A stretch of 63,997 nt of DNA, the filler included, from Dimargaris cristalligena (Eukaryota), in NCBI GenBank assembly GCA_003614675.1. It is 16 parts of 16 records of this genome, joined end to end, with 100 filler letters (N's around TTAATTAATTAA, not from the genome) between each part and the next. Parts side by side here need not be neighbours in the genome. Positions count along the whole stretch, not along the records: positions 1 to 3,979 come from ML003848.1; positions 4,080 to 8,051 come from ML003849.1; positions 8,152 to 12,115 come from ML003850.1; 13 more parts are not named here. One strand, given 5' to 3'. A program made the position numbers and the translations under genes. Of the stretch, positions 1 to 10,204 are shown piece by piece (position 1 is the first letter of the stretch; the number at the start of each line of letters is the position of its first letter). The notes under the pieces were generated by a model. That model had not been told where the DNA came from. It did not search any database and saw only the letters and a program-made list of their open reading frames with translations.

Positions 1-3000
1 GAGGTCGAACGTTCGACTGATGGTGCGTTCGTAAAAGAGATTCTCCATGATCATGACGTCCAGTTTCACGGACCGGCCCGTGACGGCGTTCTTGAGCGAA
101 ATGGTGTAAATCCCGTAGATTTTAGCAAGTAGAGTCGGCAGTTCGTGGAAAATGGCTTCGGCCAAGTAGTGGAAGTAATTGGGCGCGAATTTAAGGAAAG
201 CGTCCATCTCGGGTTTGGAGATTTGCTTGAGAATGAAGCGATTATCCTGCGTTTTCAAAAACGCCGACCCTGATTTACCCCCGGAAGCGTTCCAGGGTGA
301 GCACCGGCTGAGGGATTCGATAAAAGCCGAGTCACAGTCGCAGCTCCGGCGCAGGGCATCGAACTGTTCGGCGAAGAATATCTTGCACGTGAATTTGGCC
401 GGTCCGTGACTGAATTCGTAGCGGGCGTGGTTGGATTGGGGGGACTTTAGGGAAGTTTCCAAGTGAATAAGGTTGGGCGAATCGACAGCTGGTGATTCGG
501 TAGCTGCTACGGCTGCTGCTGCAGCCGGTAAAGCGGCTTGTTGGGCAATGGCGGAAAACTGGTGGCGGAAATCACGCGAACTCAGGGTGTAGGCAATGAT
601 CGTACTGAGTTGGTCTTCGTAGATCACCACCGCCGAGTCGGGCAGAACATGGGCCGTAGGGGGAAGGGGGTAGTCCAAAGGCAGGAGGAGGTGAGTTAGG
701 GCCGGTACCAAATAGTTGGAGATGGCTTTTAGCACCGAGGTCTGTTCCGATGGAGTGACAGACACGACGGATTCGTGAGGGGTTGCCACGGTGGGGGACT
801 GCCCAAACGTCGATGTGGCATCATCGAGATGATTAGGGTCATGGGGTGGACCCATTGCCACCAGGCTTTTTTTCACTCCGGGGCAGCGAGTGTTGGCCCA
901 CGGGGTCGAAGAAGGTGGAATCGTTGGCATTATCATCGGTGGTCCACTCCGCAGGTCCCAGGATCCCTAGGTCGTAGTCCAAGGGGATTTCAGGGGGAGG
1001 GCGACGGTTAGGTCGGTGCGAGGTGTGGTGTCGTCGACGGGGGCGTTTAGGTTGGCCGATTTCATCCCGCGGGGATTTCGCTGTATCGCCAAAGGGGTCG
1101 AATTCCTCCCCGGGAGGTGGGGAAGGGGTCCTGGTTAAACGAAGAAAATCAGCCCCCAGTAAAGCTGCTAGCATTTGCTCACCCTCTGAATCCACATCAT
1201 CATCATCTTCTTCTTCGTCATCGTCGCCGTCATCGTCCACAAAGGAGAGGTCCGAACTCGAACTGCTCCCTGAGACGTTACGGCTATCCGAATAGTGATC
1301 ACCGTCAAATTCACCCGGGTACGCCGGTTCGGTGGGAAGCACGTCGGAGTCGCGCAATCGTCGGGGTGGGGGAGGGGTTGCCCCCATAGTAGTAGTAATA
1401 GTGGAGTGGCCTCGACCTTTACCACGGGCGGGTCCGCCAAACACCGATGTGGGCCCGACGGGTCCCGGGGCCCCACTTTGGTTAGAGCTAGATCCGGCTA
1501 ACGGACGGCCTGGGCCAGGTCTAGATCGCACGGGAACGGGGCTACGCGGTCGGTGGCGGACGGGGGGAATACGAGTCGAGGTTCCCGTCTCATTTTCATC
1601 GGGGTGGTCGAGGGTGGTGGAGGAAGTGGCAGGGTGATGCTGGCTGTGGTTGGTCACGGACCGTGATGGGCCGTAGGCACTACTATTCCGGTTCTGTGAT
1701 TGGGCATAGGGAGGGGCAGCCCCTCCGTAGGTGGAGGACGACACACGGGCCGGACCCCGAATATTCCGCGGCTTAGCTCGTTCGGGGGGTTTAGCATGGG
1801 ACAGGAGTCGGCGGGAGGGAGGAAGCAGGGAGGAAGCGACTGTTGGATCAGCCGGGGTGGGGGTTAATCGACCTCGCCGGTTTAGGCGATCCGAGCCACT
1901 GGCTCGTCGATCGAGACCGTTTTCCTCGTCATTACCGGCCTTGACCGCATCATTCGTAGTCGAGTACAGCTCCAACCGCGGCCGTACCGGGGCAGTCGAT
2001 CGTCGCATCAGCTTCGTACTATTAATTTGGAAAATCCGATTCAGCCGTTGCTTGCCATCGCCGGACCGCCCCAAAGTGGCCTGAATCCGGTGGGCTACTC
2101 GGCTGACATTAGCCCGCCACCGGGCGTCACTCGGAGGGTGGGGGGAAGACGACTGGCGGCCGCGCCCCCGGCCCCCCGGAGGAGGGACTGCGTCACGGGT
2201 CGGAGCGAGGGAAATTTGGTGAGGGTCGGGGGGGCCAAGGGCCGAAAGACGTCGGTTCGGAGCCAGATAACTGGTACTGGGCTGAGGGATCAGGCTGGGC
2301 GAGGGAAGTGGGCGACCCATACGCATTCCTGGGGGACGCGGGCCAATACCCGGCCCCCCACCAATCGAGGGGGGAAGCGGCGGTAACCCAGCTATGGGAA
2401 CCCCATTAGCTTTCAACACCGGCAAATCACGGCGGGAAGGTCCGGTGGGTTTGCGAGGGACCGGGCCGGTTGACCGGTCCCTGGCTTGGTTGGTCGGCAT
2501 CGACCAGGTCTCGACGGACCGTCGGGGATTGACGGAGCGCGATGCTAGAGCCGATAAAAACTCTGGGGTCGCCGTACCCTTGGCCGGGGAGGACGACACC
2601 GACGCAAGATCATCGTCAGTGGTTTGACCGGGCGTCGGGCCGCCGTATTTACGCACCCGGGGTCCCAAGGGGACATGGACGAACGGGGCGGTGGAAACCA
2701 CAGACACCCCACCCGTTTCCCCCGTCAGCGCTGGCAAGGGGAAGAGGGAAGCGTCCGTATCCCGGTCCCACATGGCGGAAGCCTCGGGCCCCTCACTATC
2801 CGGATAGAGGGATTCTGGGGTGGGGTTGATTTCCTCGGAGGATAGTTCGGGTGAGGGTACACGGCCCTCCGCCGCTTCAGCCCGCATATGTTCGATGGAT
2901 AGACGCCGGTATACGGTCGGGTTCATATTAACGGGGTAGGGGAGCCACTGGGTATCTTCGACGCAATGGGGGTGGTTTAGTCCCTGTAGAAAGGTATCAA

Positions 3001-3970
3001 GGTCCGGAATCGACACCTCCGAATCCGACTCGCCCAGCTCGGGAAAGAGGGGCAGGTCCTGTTGGTTGGACGGGGGGACTGGGTTGGTGGAATCGGCGGC
3101 GGGGGTCGTCAGGTGGTTATTAGCCAGGACCAGGTCCTCCAGTTTCTTACCCAACGACGGAACTTCCGAGGGCTCACCCGCACCGGCGGTCACTTCGGTG
3201 GGGACGCGCGAGGTTAAGCGGGGGCTCGTTTGCTGGGTGGGGCTTCCGACCACCGAAGGCACCCCCGTTTTAGTTCCGGATTCCGGTGGGGGACCCAGCA
3301 GCATGTGGCGAATTTTACGGCCAGCGTGCTTACGAAAATCCCGCTCGGGCAGGATATAATCCCGGGCGAACTGATCGAACCGGGAGTCCCAGTCGTAGAT
3401 CTTTTCTTGCACCACGGTCCGAACGGCATTGAGGGCTAGCGTATCGGCCGGGTGGGTATTTTCGTTGACCTGATTCACGAACTGGAGCATGTAGACCCGT
3501 TCGGCCTCGGCCATCTTGAGCATCTCGTTTAGCTCCACCCGACACGCTTCGATGCGTTCCGTCAGGACTAGGTCCCAGATATCAAACCCCTTGAGACGTT
3601 CGGCCAGAGAGTCCCAAAAGCGCACAATCTGGGTCCGCAACTGTTCCGCGTCCGCCCGTTTGATTTCGATATTGACCCGCGAGTCCACGTAAAGTTTGAG
3701 CGGGGGGATGGAGACCTCGGAAAGGACAATGGGGGTATAGAAAAACCGCGTCACCAGGCCCCGGTACCCAAAGTTAACGGTATGGTGGTAGTTGATGGAG
3801 TGGGGGCATAAATCGGCCCGACAGTATAGCGACGTTTGGTAAAAGAACAGTTCGAGGAACTTGCCGAAGGAGACCTTCCAGCTGTCGAGGGCCAGGGGCA
3901 CCACGGGCGTCCGGCGTCGGCAGATGCGAAGCTTGGGCCGTTTAGTGTGGCCTACTGAGAAACCCCCCAT
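1..3970 (-). CDS. FAB1: 1-phosphatidylinositol-3-phosphate 5-kinase Fab1/PIKfyve, partial at both ends
   Basis: ORF 839-3970 carries the Fab1 conserved block (RRTPVVPL..DSWKVSFGKFLELFF..CPHSINYHH). The same frame below ~815 gives the PIP5K domain: VVIYEDQLSTIIAYTLSS, CKIFFAEQFDALRR, SGGKSGSAFLKTQDNRFILKQ, LAKIYGIY, MENLFY, RTFDL. Three in-frame stops near 824-841 need an intron or compensating frameshifts. Confidence 0.93.
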
Positions 3971-3979
3971 CTGGTGGGT

Positions 3980-4079
3980 NNNNNNNNNNNNNNNNNNNNN
4001 NNNNNNNNNNNNNNNNNNNNNNNTTAATTAATTAANNNNNNNNNNNNNNNNNNNNNNNNNNNNNNNNNNNNNNNNNNNN
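3980..4079. other. Artificial contig linker N44-TTAATTAATTAA-N44 (first of 15)
   Basis: Identical 100-nt blocks start at 3980, 8052, 12116, 16180, 20235, 24286, 28339, 32391, 36440, 40489, 44531, 48572, 52608, 56637 and 60648. TTAATTAATTAA places stop codons in all six frames. Confidence 0.98.
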
Positions 4080-4328
4080 AAGGAATGGCTGATACTTGTT
4101 AAAAGAGTACAGCAAGGGAATAAATGTAATACTCAGAAAAATAATCCAATCAACAAGAAATATATAAACGTTGTATGACAATAACAACTATAAAAAGGGA
4201 AAACTTAGGCTAACAGTGCCAATTCCTTGACTAATCACCTAAATATGGATGGTGGTTTCAATTTAAAAGGGTAAAAATAAATAGGGCAATGCCCAATACT
4301 ACTATAGCCATTTGGCTATATCACAACA
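4080..4328 (-). mobile_element. LTR-like element A, truncated by the contig edge; first unit of a tandem stack
   Basis: Ends in ...TATCACAACA (reverse complement TGTTGTGATA, like the start of element C), followed directly by AAAG. Confidence 0.55.
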
Positions 4329-4332
4329 AAAG

Positions 4333-4841
4333 TATTGTGCAACAGTGGGAAAATACTAAAAATGAAAGTTTAAATAGTAATAAACGTCTGGTAAAAATTA
4401 GCAAAAGAATTAGTTATCTCAAAGGCAAGAAACAGGGCGTCAAAAGTCTGGTTTATTAATGTTGGGTGATTACCCCTTATTTATATATTGGGAAATAAAT
4501 CAAGGGTCTAGGTTATTCAGGGGCAATGGAAAGTAGTAGCTGGTCTTGATGCCATTATTGGAATAACCACCGGTGGTCCTGGGTCACTTGATGTTGTTGG
4601 CTGGGAACGTTGGGGACATCAGTGGTGTTGCTGGTTTTGATTGAGTTCCGAATGAGTTTGTTCTAATAAACTCAGTGGCTTGGCTACTGGGGAGGCCATG
4701 GGAACATTTGGTACTGGCGGGTTGGGGATTCTTGCAGGACAACTGGGGAAATCACCAGACCGGTCCTGAGGACATCCTGGTGACCTGGGCCTGGAAATAG
4801 GTGCCGCCGAAGTTTGTGGTTCTTGGGGAGGTGGCACAACA
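4333..4841 (-). mobile_element. Solo LTR, family B (509 bp)
   Basis: Termini T(A)TTGTGC...GCACAACA; TATAAATA and AATAAA on the minus strand; AAAG on both sides; homologous to 5353-5859 and 12287-12771. Confidence 0.8.
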
Positions 4842-4845
4842 AAAG

Positions 4846-5348
4846 TGTTGTGATAGGTACTGAACACCCTTAAGCTTTGGTGATGTCACCAATGATGTAC
4901 CTTATAATAATTAATCAAATTATCACATTTTTACTATATTTAGTTTAGTTTATCAGTATCAATACTATATCATATCTATATTTCGTTTATCACATTATAT
5001 ATCAGACTCATATCCATATATCTCTTTATATATCATTTATGCCATCTATTTTTCTTTTATCATAAGTATACAATAGAAGAACCTGCATAGATATAATAAT
5101 CCATTATTTCTACCGCACAATATTTCTAGGGTATAAATACCCCTTCAAATTGCAACTTGAATAAAACATCTTGATTTTGTACTTATTTACTTAGTATAGA
5201 ATTGTATTGACTTATAGTCTACAGTTCTCTGCCTATTTCAGACTATTGATTATTATTTACTAGTGTCTAGGTATTTTTCACTACTCTATAGCCATTGGGA
5301 CTTTTTTATTTATTTACTTCATCAAGTTTTTCCCATTGCTGCACAACA
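4846..5348 (+). mobile_element. Solo LTR, family C (503 bp)
   Basis: Termini TGTTGTGA...GCACAACA; TATAAATA at ~5132 and AATAAA at ~5160 on the plus strand; AAAG on both sides; internal sequence unlike family B. Confidence 0.75.
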
Positions 5349-5352
5349 AAAG

Positions 5353-5859
5353 TATTGTACAACAGCGGGAAAATTCTAAAAATGAAAGTTTAAACAGTAA
5401 TAAACGTCTGGTAAAAATGAGCAAAAGAATTGGTTATCTTAAAGGCAAGAAACAGGGTGTCAAAAGTCTGCTTTATTAAAGGTGGGTGATTACCCCTTAT
5501 TTATGTCAGGAAATAAATCAAGGGGTTAGAGTATTCAGTGGCGGCAGAAAGCAGTAGTTGGTCTTAAAACCATTGTTGGGATAACCACCGGTGGTCCTGG
5601 GTTACTTGATGTTGTTGGCTGGGAATGTTGGGGATGTCAGTGGCATTGCTGGTTTTGATAGAGTTCCGAATGAGTTTGTTCTAATAAACTCAGTGGCTTA
5701 GCTGCTGGGGAGGTCATGGGAACATTCAGTACTTGAGGGTTGGGGATTCTTGCAGGACAACTGGGGAAATCACCGGACTGGTCCTGAGGATGTCCTGGTG
5801 ACCTGGGCCTGGGAATAGGTGCCATCAAAGTTTATGGTTCTTGGGGAGGCAGCATAACA
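5353..5859 (-). mobile_element. Solo LTR, family B, second copy (507 bp)
   Basis: Aligns end to end with 4333-4841; termini TATTGTAC...GCATAACA; AAAG on both sides. Confidence 0.8.
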
Positions 5860-7199
5860 AAAGAATTAAGAAATACAATAAGATAAATAATCTAATTATG
5901 GCTACAGGTGGCTACCATAGTGAAGCTAAATAATACTTCTGTAGAAATAATATACAAACCACTCCTGCCTTAGCCAATAGTTGCATCTACTTGAATGATG
6001 GTATTATGGGCATTGATACAGAGCTAGGGACTTATAAGTGACAGGAACCCACAAAGGAATGTTGTATTGGTTTGCTATCCCAAAACCATCTCACAGTCCA
6101 CACAGGCAGGCTTCTTTGAAGTATCATAGCAGTATGTAGCTTGTCCAAGACTTATCGCCAGGGGGTTAAAGGCGGACACATAATATATGGGGCCTAGGAT
6201 GCAGGTACAAAACAGGTGTTGGTACAAAGGGATGTACTGGGACCAACTATGTATATATAAGCCAAGATGTATCGGACAGTACCTCAGGGTAGTATTTATA
6301 TGTGGGGATGCTGCCATAGAGGTTCTAAGTATTGAATTGGCGATACTGGAAGGTAGGGATTATTATCAACAAGACTGCAACTGGGCCCGATGGAATTTTA
6401 GTTCTGGTGAAAGGCAGCGGAGAGGACTGTAGAGTGTTGGATAGGGAGGTTAACAAATTATTCGTATGGTGACAGATATCGCCAAAGGGAATAGGCTATC
6501 ATAAACACAGTTAATTAAGTGGCAATTAAGGCCGCGAATCTGGTCACCATCGTGCAGATAATCCTGCATCACAAGACAAACTGTTGAAGGGGTCTCGACA
6601 CGAATTGTTTTTGGTTAGTAATCGATGATAATTATGAATTCAGCGGCAGCTAATCTTGTTAAGTAGGGCATACATGACCCTTCAAAAATATATCTGCCGT
6701 ACACCATATTGCCTAGATTCAAAATGTGTTTATCTACGACTTCCGGTGGGTGTTAACGGACTCTAAATCCCGGGATAATCGACTCCATGAACAATATGGT
6801 TACATATCTACTGGTTATAAATGCTTTCGGATGGGGAGTGCCAATCCTAGGCCTGCGGTGGGTAGGTTATTATGACATACAATAAAATTCATCACACAGA
6901 GATTATAATATATGTTTAATTTAATAGGGGGAGTACGCCAGTCCACAGCATCCGGGACCTTACAAGTACTCCGATTTAAAAGAATCCCAGAGGTTAGATG
7001 TGTGTAAGTAAATAAAATAATATCATAAAACTAGTAAAAAGAACATCATAAGTAGGCGAATAATTAAAATAATAATTAAAAAATAGCCAGGCGCCGTATT
7101 AAGGGTGAATTGGATATCGATCCAATTCCAAATTATGGGGAATGGCGCCAGGAGAGGAAGCTGAGAAACCAAGTCGAATCAAGAATGCCTAATCAGCAG

Positions 7200-7973
7200 C
7201 TATTCGTCGATAGAGCAATCCTGGATGGTAATGTCCACCTTCTCTTCAGTCACTAGTTTGTTGAGGCTCTTGTAGTTTGCTTCGGTTACAACGTACCAGT
7301 CGATTTGATTATTGACAAGGCCCCAGCCTTCATCGTCCACGCGTACACAACCGTTATGGGTCTTACCGTTGGGCAACTTGACCCCTTTGAGCTGGTCCAC
7401 CATCAAAGTAGTTCCGTAACTGATGTTTTTCGCTGCCACACTATAGTATGGTACCAGGGTATTTCCCTTAGTTCCTATTGGACCGTCGGTTTCCATGAAA
7501 CACATGTAGTTTTCGCAGTCGCAGCCGCCCAAGTTGATGGTTTTGCCGTTGCTAAGCGTGGCAGTACCCTCCATTACGGCGGCGTCGGCAAATGCCTCCG
7601 ACACGGACGCCAGTTTCTTGCCGCTGCACGTACCTAGAATAACATCGCCCGAGTCGGCCTCGGTCTGAACTTCACCCCAGTAGAAAGTGAGCTTGACGGA
7701 CTTGGACTCGCCACTGGAGTCGCGCGTCGACTCTTTATTCGTCAATTCTTCGTTCTTCAACTCTTCGGATGTCAACACCTTAGTACCAGGGTCCGAATTG
7801 AAGACGTGACTACGACGCATGGCGGGGTGAGTGGTGTGGCGATCCCGGCCATCCGCGGGGACGTGCTCCCCGGCGGGAAGGGCCTCGGCGACGGGCGAAA
7901 GAGATAGCCACATGGCGGCTGCCACCAGTGCGTAAGCACTCAGTAGGGACACGAGGCGAAAAGAGCGAGGCAT
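7200..7973 (-). CDS. Secreted 3D-domain (MltA-like double-psi beta-barrel) protein, 257 aa
   Basis: Signal peptide MPRSFRLVSLLSAYALVAAAMWLSLSPVAEA. C-terminal VKLTFYW...YYSVAA..ISYGT..KLPNGKTHNGCVRVDDEGWG..NQIDWYV matches the 3D-domain pattern. No introns. Confidence 0.75.
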   Translation of the reverse strand: MPRSFRLVSLLSAYALVAAAMWLSLSPVAEALPAGEHVPADGRDRHTTHPAMRRSHVFNSDPGTKVLTSEELKNEELTNKESTRDSSGESKSVKLTFYWGEVQTEADSGDVILGTCSGKKLASVSEAFADAAVMEGTATLSNGKTINLGGCDCENYMCFMETDGPIGTKGNTLVPYYSVAAKNISYGTTLMVDQLKGVKLPNGKTHNGCVRVDDEGWGLVNNQIDWYVVTEANYKSLNKLVTEEKVDITIQDCSIDE

Positions 7974-8151
7974 TTTGAATAATGCGTTTGGGTTCTTTTG
8001 TTGAATTGGGGGGGGGGGGACATGGGTATAGTAAGCATAGGTCAGGTTCAANNNNNNNNNNNNNNNNNNNNNNNNNNNNNNNNNNNNNNNNNNNNTTAAT
8101 TAATTAANNNNNNNNNNNNNNNNNNNNNNNNNNNNNNNNNNNNNNNNNNNN

Positions 8152-8221
8152 TAAGGCGCTATACGGCCTGATATGATGGCGGTCATATCAGTTGGATTAG
8201 GACGGATTAGGAGGGGCGACA
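8152..8221 (-). mobile_element. 5' end of a family-D LTR (TGTCGCCCCTCCTAATCC...)
   Basis: Near-identical to 60820-60887 and the reverse complement of the start of 42887-43453. Confidence 0.7.
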
Positions 8222-8429
8222 TCCTGTATGTCCCTTACATATACATTACTACTAGCTATTATTAGTTAGTACTGTGACCTGATATCTGCTGCTAGTGAAC
8301 CACTTAGTTAAGCCTAAGCCATACCTACCTTTAGAAGCTTATCCTTGGGACCCCTAATCAAAGTATAGTTAACTTAGTTGGTAAGATATAATTAAATATC
8401 AATTAATAAGTAAGTATTGACTATTCTTA

Positions 8430-8710
8430 GCAGGGTAAGGCTTTATAATATTCATAAAGAATCCAGCATGGCTACTCAGGGTGCCCCTAATTAGGCATAT
8501 ATCCTCTTAAAGAAAATTAGTAAGAATGGAAGGAGTATTTTTTTTTAATAAAAAAAACTCATTCTTAACAATTTATTTAAAACTCTTGGCACAATTACTC
8601 AAGAGTCTATTAACATATATAACTAGGTTATTTTATGATTGGTTGCATTACTACTACTTAATAAACTATGTAAAACGATTTTTTAAACTGTGAATTAGGG
8701 ATAGGGGGTA
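8430..8710. repeat. Diverged dispersed repeat; second copy at ~26455-26815
   Basis: Shared colinear blocks: CTTTATAAT, CTACTCAGGG, AACAATTTATTT, CTTGGC, AAGAG.CTATT, TGAATTAG..GGGGG. Confidence 0.45.
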
Positions 8711-9229
8711 CCATATGGCTAGGTGTACTATGTACCCATGACACCAGGGCTACAATTGCGGTGTGTGAATGGGATCCAATCAAATGAGCTACTGGCCAAC
8801 TTAGTCTGGCTGCTGTACAAGGTGTGCCCCCCCCCCCTCAAATGCCTGAACCATTGTTGAAAAGGGCCATTTATGACCAACACAGCAGATTAAACTGTGT
8901 TACACACCTTTGCATATAGAACCCACCCTGTTGTATAAAAATGGCATACCCTTTTTGACAATGAGCCTGACATCCATCCACCATATAACTACATCCACAT
9001 TTCTTAACCTATTTATTCAGAAACCTGTGGGTTCCAATATTTTTATAGATACGGCACTATTTTAGGTATATTGGTATAGAATATGTGAAAGAAAAAATAC
9101 GGACCTACTGTCTGAATACTAGATAATCTATCAATAACGGAAAATTCCCCCTGGACCCCACTCTACTTCGAGTGATACTAATAATAGAGCTAATACCGGC
9201 TGCAAAGCATTGTTGACCGCAGTGTCTAA

Positions 9230-10204
9230 TTAGACGGACAGTTCACGGATACGCTTCGGGAGCTCAGCAAAGTAGAACTCCATTATTTTATTCACGTCGA
9301 CCTTAGCCGCGGCAGTCAACCTTTGGGACTCCGACTCACCCGACTCATCATTCCAGCTGGAACTGGGTCTAAAATTATAATCATCATCCAACGACGCACT
9401 CATTTCCTGATCGGCGACCTCGGCATAACTCGGTAGACGGTCCCCGTCTTCGGAATGGTCGATACGCTCGTCATAACCGGGCGAGTCAGCCGAGTACTCG
9501 TCCGCCGGGGCATCCGAAATGTCAGATCCCCAATTGGCATAGTACTCGACGCCGGGTAGATGAGAGCCATGTGCGCCATACATCTCCTCAACGAAGGCTT
9601 GGATGGTCGGGTCCTTCAAAAAATCCACATAGTTTTGGTCCTTAACTTCTTCCTGCAGGGTGGATTGGACCGATTGAATAAAGGCATTGGCCTGCTCGGG
9701 ATCTTTGGCATAACAGTCCGCGAGAGGGTTGCCTGAATGCTTCAAAAAACTCCGCAATGACCTAAGCTTAACCTGGGGCTTCGGCTCAATGTTCAGATAA
9801 GCCTGGATATCGGCCCCGAGGATTTTTTTAATGGCCGCACTGGGGTCGGTCTTCAATTGATACTCAGCCTTTTTAATCGCTTTACACCCACCACCCTGAT
9901 AATAAAAAAAAAGAGTAATTTAACCATACCATGCCCGTCCGTAAAGATGTATATATATACACACACATATATATCTTAAAGTAGAATTAGTAACGGGGGT
10001 TTTATGGCCATTCGGCTATTCCGGAACGAGGCCACTCAAACCCGTTCCCTACTATTTTCGTCGGAACAATAGGGCACTCTTTTAGCCATTACATATGTTC
10101 AATACTACACCATGACTTACGAAGAGACTGGGGCCGGCTAGGGTCGATCTCGCCAGAATGGCGGTGAGCAGCAGAAACGTGGCTGCAGAAGGTCGAGTCA
10201 GCAT
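9230..10204 (-). CDS. Orphan secreted protein (~249 aa), exons 10204-10121 and 9895-9230
   Basis: Signal peptide MLTRPSAATFLLLTAILARSTLA. A phase-0 intron GTAAGT(10120)...CAG(9896) joins it to the frame of ORF 9230-9856. Acidic region contains an LPSY motif. Confidence 0.75.

Noticed and set aside
839..3545. Many overlapping short ORFs opposite or within FAB1 (likewise within the P5 ATPase and EPL1)
   Set aside because: Shadow ORFs of GC-rich coding sequence with no recognisable motifs.
4024..4035. TTAATTAATTAA recurring about every 4 kb as a biological periodic motif
   Set aside because: It is always centred in N44 blocks, so it is an artificial six-frame-stop linker. ORFs running into it are truncated.
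4619..5828. Similar small ORFs at 4619-4867 and 5637-5828
   Set aside because: They lie inside family-B LTR copies, so the similarity reflects the repeat. The 12287 copy has a stop in the same region.
4322..5863. CRISPR-like array interpretation of the CACAACAAAAGT.TTGT junction repeats
   Set aside because: The units are ~500 bp with LTR hallmarks and dispersed homologs, there are no cas genes, and the context is eukaryotic.
5864..5960. tRNA gene as the anchor beside the LTR stack
   Set aside because: No A/B boxes or cloverleaf are visible on this side; the other end of the stack is off-contig.
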